From: Akkermansia muciniphila | Lineage (GTDB): Bacteria > Verrucomicrobiota > Verrucomicrobiia > Limisphaerales > SXTU01 | Direction: 5' to 3' | Assembly (NCBI GenBank): GCA_945872195.1 | Contig: CAMBZO010000001.1 | Location: 1-46,668 of the forward strand | Length of the DNA: 46,668 bases | Shown: piece by piece, positions 41,864-46,668 of the stretch | Position numbering within the stretch: position 1 is the first letter of the stretch | How the letters are laid out: each line of letters starts with the position of its first letter | Notes under the pieces: generated by a model | Databases searched by the model: none | Told to the model about the DNA's origin: nothing | The model's input: the letters and a program-made list of their open reading frames with translations, nothing else | Translations under genes and position numbers: made by a program

Positions 41864-43165
41864 TCATCGCCGCACCTTCAGCATCCAGTTGCCGAACCAC
41901 AGCCCCGTGCGGCACGCGCCGCAGGCGAGCACGAGTCCGAAGGCGAGACCGCGCGCCGTCACCGGGTCGCGGTCCAGTCGCCAGAAGTCATTCAACCACG
42001 GGCCGATGGTTGACGTGTAAGGCCAGTGGCGGTGGCCGGCGAAGAACCAGTTGTCCGACGCGGGACTCAGCATGAACGCGGAGAAGTTCCATTGCGCTGC
42101 CAGCACCAACCCGAGGAACGCCACGCCCAGCGCGACCGCCAGCAGCCAGTCGCCAAGCCAGTGTGCCGGCGGCTTGCAGTCGCCGGCTGTTGCATTCGTT
42201 TCATCAGGAGGGCGACTGCAAGCCGCCGGCACGGGTGCGCTGTCATTTTGCCTCGCCCAGCCCACCAGCAAATCAATCACCACCGCCGGCACCACGAGCC
42301 ACACGGGGAAGGGCGGCGGGACCATGTGCGTGACCGGGTTGTAGATGGGAGCGAGCATCGGCTGCGCGGGGAAGAGTGGCAGAACCCAAATCAGCACCGC
42401 ATAGAAAAGCATGTAAACCCCAGCCGCGCACGTCGCGCCCCAGCGCAGGCTCCCGGCGCGCGCGGCCATCACCAGCAGCGCTGGGTAATGCACGCACACG
42501 ATGAGATAAAACGTCATCGTGTGCTGCGAGTTCGGAAAGCTGTATTCCATCACGATGATGGAGTTCGTCGCCGTCATGATGCCGACCATGAACACAAAGA
42601 GCTTGGCGACCGCCCCGCGTTGGGCCTCGCCCACGCTGTTCTTCCACGACAGCACCAGCAGCAGCACGCCCAGCACCACGCTGAACATCCCGATGGCCAG
42701 CAGCGCGTGGGGGGGACTGAGAATTTGCACGTCGAGGCCGTAGGTATTGTGCCACCAATCGTCGAACGGTGCGGAAGTCAGCATCGCGAAGCAGCCCCAG
42801 ATGGAAATCCACGCGCCCAGCGGCGCGCGCGCGCCCCAGAAGCCCACCGTCGCCGCGCGCTCGGTCGCCGCGCCGAAGAACGTCGCCCTCAACGCCAGCC
42901 AGCCGCACGTCAACCCCGGCACCACGCCGCCGAGGTAGATGACGATGTGCGCCGGCGTCCAGAACGTGTCGCGCCCGATGCTCATGTGCCACGAGATGTC
43001 CCACAACGCGCCGAGCGGGATGCAGCACGCGCCGCACACCGCGATGGCGAGATGCCACGGGATGGCGGCGGAGCGAACGGAAGTTTCCGCTGGGGCGGCG
43101 ATGAGAGTTGTAGTGGCCGTCTGCATGAGCGCGGGGCAAGCGTGACTGAGCGCCGAGACTGTCAC
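41864..43165 (-). CDS. hypothetical polytopic membrane protein with WDxSWH / DDWWH motifs
   Basis: About 10 or more hydrophobic segments are present. Motifs are LWDISWHMSIGRDTFWTPAH and APFDDWWHNTYG. No family recognised. Confidence 0.6.
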   Translation of the reverse strand: MTVSALSHACPALMQTATTTLIAAPAETSVRSAAIPWHLAIAVCGACCIPLGALWDISWHMSIGRDTFWTPAHIVIYLGGVVPGLTCGWLALRATFFGAATERAATVGFWGARAPLGAWISIWGCFAMLTSAPFDDWWHNTYGLDVQILSPPHALLAIGMFSVVLGVLLLVLSWKNSVGEAQRGAVAKLFVFMVGIMTATNSIIVMEYSFPNSQHTMTFYLIVCVHYPALLVMAARAGSLRWGATCAAGVYMLFYAVLIWVLPLFPAQPMLAPIYNPVTHMVPPPFPVWLVVPAVVIDLLVGWARQNDSAPVPAACSRPPDETNATAGDCKPPAHWLGDWLLAVALGVAFLGLVLAAQWNFSAFMLSPASDNWFFAGHRHWPYTSTIGPWLNDFWRLDRDPVTARGLAFGLVLACGACRTGLWFGNWMLKVRR

Positions 43166-43295
43166 GACGCGGCGCGCTTGCCGAGTGGTTTTCCAAACCC
43201 GCGAGGATGGCGCTTGCCGCGCTCGAGCCGATTGGCTTCGTGTTGCGGCCGCATTCCCACCCAGCGAAAGGTGAAGACTTGAAAGCTGGCTTTAG

Positions 43296-44285
43296 TCAGC
43301 GCTTCCCTGGCGCGGGAGTTAGCGCGGCATTCCGCGCCTTGCCCGAGTCGTCAATGCGGCGGAGGAGGGAGAGCTTCACCGGTTCGAGACCCGTTTCCGT
43401 CACCGGTTCGAGGTGGATGCGTGCGAGGTTCAGGTGGCCGGCGTGGATGGCGTAGCGAGCGAGGTGGATGCGAGCCTCGTCGCGCTGGGTGTCGTCCGTC
43501 GCGAGCTTGAATGCGTTTTCCCACGCGGCCAGGCCTGCGGCGGGGCGGGCGGGCCTCACGACATAGTAGGTCCGCGCGAAGTCAGCGGCGAATGGATAGC
43601 TCTGCGGTGCCAACTTCATCCCCTGCCGGTAAAGGAGGAGCACCCGGTCGAAAAGCTCCCGTTCGGTGAGTTTATAATGGCTCATTGCATTGCCCCGGTA
43701 GAGCAGGAGCGCGGTGGCGTAATCGAAGTGATAGACCGCCTCGTCTGACGCGAATGAGAGAGTCTTCTCGAAGCATGCGAAGGCGTCCAGTATGCGCCCG
43801 TTGTGGGCGAGTTCGTGGGCGAGATCGTTCCAGGGCACGGGGCAGTCGGGGTTCTCGGCGCGGGCTTCTTCCCAACGCCGGATCGTGCCCAAGTCCTCTG
43901 TTATGTTGTCGCAAAAAACCTTCAGTTGATCGGCGGCTCCAGCGTGGAGCGGATAGCGGCCGATAAATTCGCGATAGCCCGCAGAGACGATGACGAGGCG
44001 GCGCTCCATCCGCGTGCTGAGCAGGTTCGGCGGCTTCTCAGCCAGATGGTTGTCATGCGCGTCGGTTTCAAGAAGCCAGCGGCTCATGTCCAGCCGTGCG
44101 CGCTCGCCGCGCGCCCGCAACGCAGCGAACTCAGCTTCTGCAGTAGGTTTGCTCGTCGCAACATCTGGGCCGGCGGCAGAGGCTCGGTGAGGCGTGAGCC
44201 AGCAGAGCAGGGCGGTGGACAAGGCCAGCGCATGTTTGCCGAACCGGAGTTGAGCCGAGGCAGCCGGCGCGAAAAGACAGTTCAT
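43296..44285 (-). CDS. hypothetical exported helical-repeat (TPR-like?) protein
   Basis: Start placed at the ATG at 44285 (MNCLFAPAASAQ...ALSTALLCWLTPHRASAAG, signal-like). The track start at 44447 would translate the tRNA terminator hairpin. Composition is helical and rich in Ala, Leu and Arg. Confidence 0.5.
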   Translation of the reverse strand: MNCLFAPAASAQLRFGKHALALSTALLCWLTPHRASAAGPDVATSKPTAEAEFAALRARGERARLDMSRWLLETDAHDNHLAEKPPNLLSTRMERRLVIVSAGYREFIGRYPLHAGAADQLKVFCDNITEDLGTIRRWEEARAENPDCPVPWNDLAHELAHNGRILDAFACFEKTLSFASDEAVYHFDYATALLLYRGNAMSHYKLTERELFDRVLLLYRQGMKLAPQSYPFAADFARTYYVVRPARPAAGLAAWENAFKLATDDTQRDEARIHLARYAIHAGHLNLARIHLEPVTETGLEPVKLSLLRRIDDSGKARNAALTPAPGKR

Positions 44286-44415
44286 GAATAATTTCGGTGC
44301 GTAGAGACGCAACGCCACGACGAAAGTTCCAAGAATATGTTGCGCAATGTTTGCACGGCGAGGAGAGCTGCGTCTTCCGTGCGGCCCAAGCTTCATCCTC
44401 GCAGCCACAAAGGCA

Positions 44416-44441
44416 GAAGCCCCTGTTTTCACAGGGGCTTC
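44416..44441 (-). terminator. intrinsic-terminator-like hairpin downstream of tRNA-fMet
   Basis: On the minus strand the sequence reads GAAGCCCCTGT-GAAA-ACAGGGGCTTC (11-bp stem), followed by TGCCTTTGTGG. It lies 14 nt after the tRNA 3' end. Confidence 0.55.
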
Positions 44442-44454
44442 ATGCATACTGAAT

Positions 44455-44531
<77 letters not shown>

Positions 44532-44661
44532 ATCAAGTTGCGCGGAAGCTAGTGGAACCCGTCCGGCGCGCAAGCTCTATTATCACGTCGGAGGCAAAAT
44601 GAAACGAAAGGCGGGCACTTTTCCATTGCCGTATCAGCCGCGTCTCCCATCCTCCGCGCCA

Positions 44662-46392
44662 ATGAATCTGCTGCCCTTCACGAACCTCCCCGTCCACTCC
44701 CCGCGCAGCTTTGTGCCCGCCCAAATTGACCTCGGCGACTGGAGCCAGATCGCCCCGCTCTTTGACCGGCTCGACGCGCGCGCGCCGCAATGCCAGTCGC
44801 CTGCTGAGTTTGAGCGGTGGATTCTTGACCAAGGCGAGATCTTCGCCGCGCTCGATCAGGAGGGCAGCCAGCGCTACATCGCGATGACCTGCCACACGGA
44901 TAGCCCGGAGGCGGAGGCGTCTTACTTGCACTTCGTCGAGAAGGTTGAACCCGAGCTGAAGCCCCGCCAGTTCCACCTCGCGAAGCTCTTCCTTGCCCAC
45001 CCGCTCCGCGCGCAGCTCGACAAGCATCGCTACGAAGTCTTCGACCGCGACACCGCGCTGCTCGTCGAGCTGTTTCGGGAGGAGAACGTCCCGCTCCAAA
45101 CCGAGGAGGCCAAGCTCGGCCAGCAATATCAAAAGCTCTCCGGCTCGCTCACCGTGAACTTCCGCGGCGAGGAGAAGACACTCGTCCAGATGGGCCGCTA
45201 CTTGGAAGAACCTGACCGTGCCCTCCGCGAGGAGGCGTGGACGCTTGTCGCGCAGCGGCGTTTGCAGGTGGCCGACCAGATTGAGGAACAGTTCGAGGCG
45301 CTGCTTAAGGTGCGCGAACAAATCGCCCGCAACGCCGGCTTCGAGAACTACCTCGCCTACTCCTTCCGTGCGAAGGGCCGCTTCGACTACACGGCGGAGG
45401 ATTGCGTCAAGTTCCACGCCGCCGTGGACACGGAGTTCATGCCCGTGGTGCGCTTGTTGCAGGTCGAGCGCAAGCGCCAGCTCGGCGTGGATGCATTGCG
45501 CCCGTGGGACACCGCCGTGGACCCGATGAACCGCGCGCCGCTCCGACCCTTCGCTGAAGTGGACGAGATGGTCACGCGCACGCAGCGTGTCTTTGACAAG
45601 GTGGATGCCGAACTTGCCGCCGGCTTCGCCCAGATGCGCGACCTCAAGCTCCTCGACCTCGCCAATCGCAAGGGCAAGGCCCCCGGCGGCTACCAGTCCA
45701 CCCTCGCCGAGGCGCGGCTGCCGTTCATCTTCATGAACTCCGTCGGCGTGCAGCGCGACGTGGAGACGATGCTCCACGAGGCCGGTCACGCCTTCCACAC
45801 GCTCGCGGCGAAGAACGAGGACATTTACCCGTATCGCAACGCGCCGATTGAGTTCTGCGAAGTCGCCTCGATGGCGATGGAACTGCTCGGCAACCAGCAC
45901 CTCGAAGAGTTCTACACGCCCGCCGAGGCGAACCGCGCACGCAAGACGCACCTCGAAGGCATCATCGGCTTCTTCCCGTGGATGGCGACGGTGGACGCGT
46001 TTCAGCACTGGATTTACTCACACCCCGGCCACACCCGCGCCGAGCGCACGGCCGCGTGGCTCGCGCTGATGGACCGTTTTGGTGGCGACGTGAGCTGGGC
46101 CGGCCACGAGTCCGCGCGGGCGAACCTCTGGCATCGCCAGCTCCACATCTTCCTTCACCCGTTCTACTACGTGGAATACGGCATCGCCCAACTCGGCGCG
46201 TTGCAAGTCTGGGCCAACTCCCACCGCGACCCGGTGAAAGCACTGCGCGATTACAAAGCTGGTCTCGCGCTCGGTGGCTCTCGTCCGCTGCCGGAACTTT
46301 TCGCCGCCGCCGGGTGCCGCTTCGACTTCAGCGCGGAGACCGTGCGCCCGCTCGTGGCGCTGACGCGCAGCGAGTTGGCGAAGTTTAACTGA
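44662..46392 (+). CDS. pepF: M3B-family oligoendopeptidase F
   Basis: The zinc motif HEAGHAFH is present and the overall length and pattern fit the PepF family. Start moved to the ATG at 44662 because the track ORF start overlaps the tRNA. Confidence 0.8.
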   Translation: MNLLPFTNLPVHSPRSFVPAQIDLGDWSQIAPLFDRLDARAPQCQSPAEFERWILDQGEIFAALDQEGSQRYIAMTCHTDSPEAEASYLHFVEKVEPELKPRQFHLAKLFLAHPLRAQLDKHRYEVFDRDTALLVELFREENVPLQTEEAKLGQQYQKLSGSLTVNFRGEEKTLVQMGRYLEEPDRALREEAWTLVAQRRLQVADQIEEQFEALLKVREQIARNAGFENYLAYSFRAKGRFDYTAEDCVKFHAAVDTEFMPVVRLLQVERKRQLGVDALRPWDTAVDPMNRAPLRPFAEVDEMVTRTQRVFDKVDAELAAGFAQMRDLKLLDLANRKGKAPGGYQSTLAEARLPFIFMNSVGVQRDVETMLHEAGHAFHTLAAKNEDIYPYRNAPIEFCEVASMAMELLGNQHLEEFYTPAEANRARKTHLEGIIGFFPWMATVDAFQHWIYSHPGHTRAERTAAWLALMDRFGGDVSWAGHESARANLWHRQLHIFLHPFYYVEYGIAQLGALQVWANSHRDPVKALRDYKAGLALGGSRPLPELFAAAGCRFDFSAETVRPLVALTRSELAKFN

Positions 46393-46402
46393 GGCGGCTG
46401 AC

Positions 46403-46668
46403 GTGCAGATAATCCCGTCCAAACCGCGCGGCTCGCCCCCGTGCCGCTTGCGGACGTGGGTGTCCGCGCTGCTTTCGTTGCTGGCAGCAGGGGTGGAGAT
46501 CTTCGCCCAAACCCGAGTTCTCGACGCCACGCGCTACCATCTCGGCACGGAAGGTTTTCCCGAATGGCAGGAGTTCATCGGCAAGAAGCCGCACGGGCGG
46601 ATGCTGGAAGTCCGCTTCGAGGCACAGCGCAATGAATCCGAGCAAACGCTCCTGATCCGCCAGCGTGA
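46403..46668 (+). CDS. hypothetical secreted protein; N-terminal part only, runs off the right edge
   Basis: My own translation from the GTG at 46403 is open to the window end: VQIIPSKPRGSPPCRLRTWVSALLSLLAAGVEIFAQTRVLDATRYHLGTEGFPEWQEF... It contains a signal-like hydrophobic segment. No stop in the window. Confidence 0.4.
   Translation, partial: MQIIPSKPRGSPPCRLRTWVSALLSLLAAGVEIFAQTRVLDATRYHLGTEGFPEWQEFIGKKPHGRMLEVRFEAQRNESEQTLLIRQR

Noticed and set aside
44286-44447. An upstream extension of the helical-repeat protein gene.
   Set aside because: It would translate the tRNA-fMet terminator hairpin (44416-44441). A signal-like N-terminus follows the ATG at 44285.

Overview
High-GC bacterial chromosomal window, about 62% GC by eye. 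Gene content and the repeat-encoded peptides suggest the PVC superphylum, possibly Verrucomicrobiota, but that placement is inference from memory and no search was possible.

Layout:
- 1-8.0 kb, housekeeping genes: glycerate kinase, a convergent 2-hydroxyacid dehydrogenase, tRNA-Thr(CGU), nth, two tandem gmd paralogs, a RibD-C-type reductase and queA.
- 8.3-27.8 kb, a nearly complete dcw cell-division and cell-wall cluster: mraZ-rsmH-ftsL-ftsI-murE-murF-mraY-murD-(LysM protein)-ftsW-murG-murB-ddl-ftsQ-ftsA-ftsZ. Five 10-bp-phased TGGG boxes (a candidate MraZ operator) lie upstream. There is no murC, and two spacers are unusually long.
- 27.8-44.4 kb, accessory-looking envelope genes. A minus-strand cluster encodes an outer-membrane beta-barrel, a 1393-aa decaheme cytochrome c fused to an LVIVD-type beta-propeller, and an NHL beta-propeller. 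A secreted tandem DUF336/GlcG-like protein is transcribed divergently from it. Next come an Asp-box propeller, an SMP-30/gluconolactonase-like propeller, a polytopic membrane protein paired with a protein carrying repeated FAHLHP motifs, a helical-repeat protein, and initiator tRNA-fMet with a terminator hairpin.
- 44.7-46.7 kb: pepF and a partial secreted protein.

Lead candidate for an undescribed system: the barrel / decaheme-propeller / NHL cluster together with the divergent DUF336 gene.

Second recurring theme: several families of short tandem or palindromic repeat elements. They sit at gene junctions and also lie in frame inside conserved genes (queA, murG, the RibD-like gene), which makes several start codons ambiguous.

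All family calls come from motif recognition in the supplied translations. No HMM or BLAST search was run.
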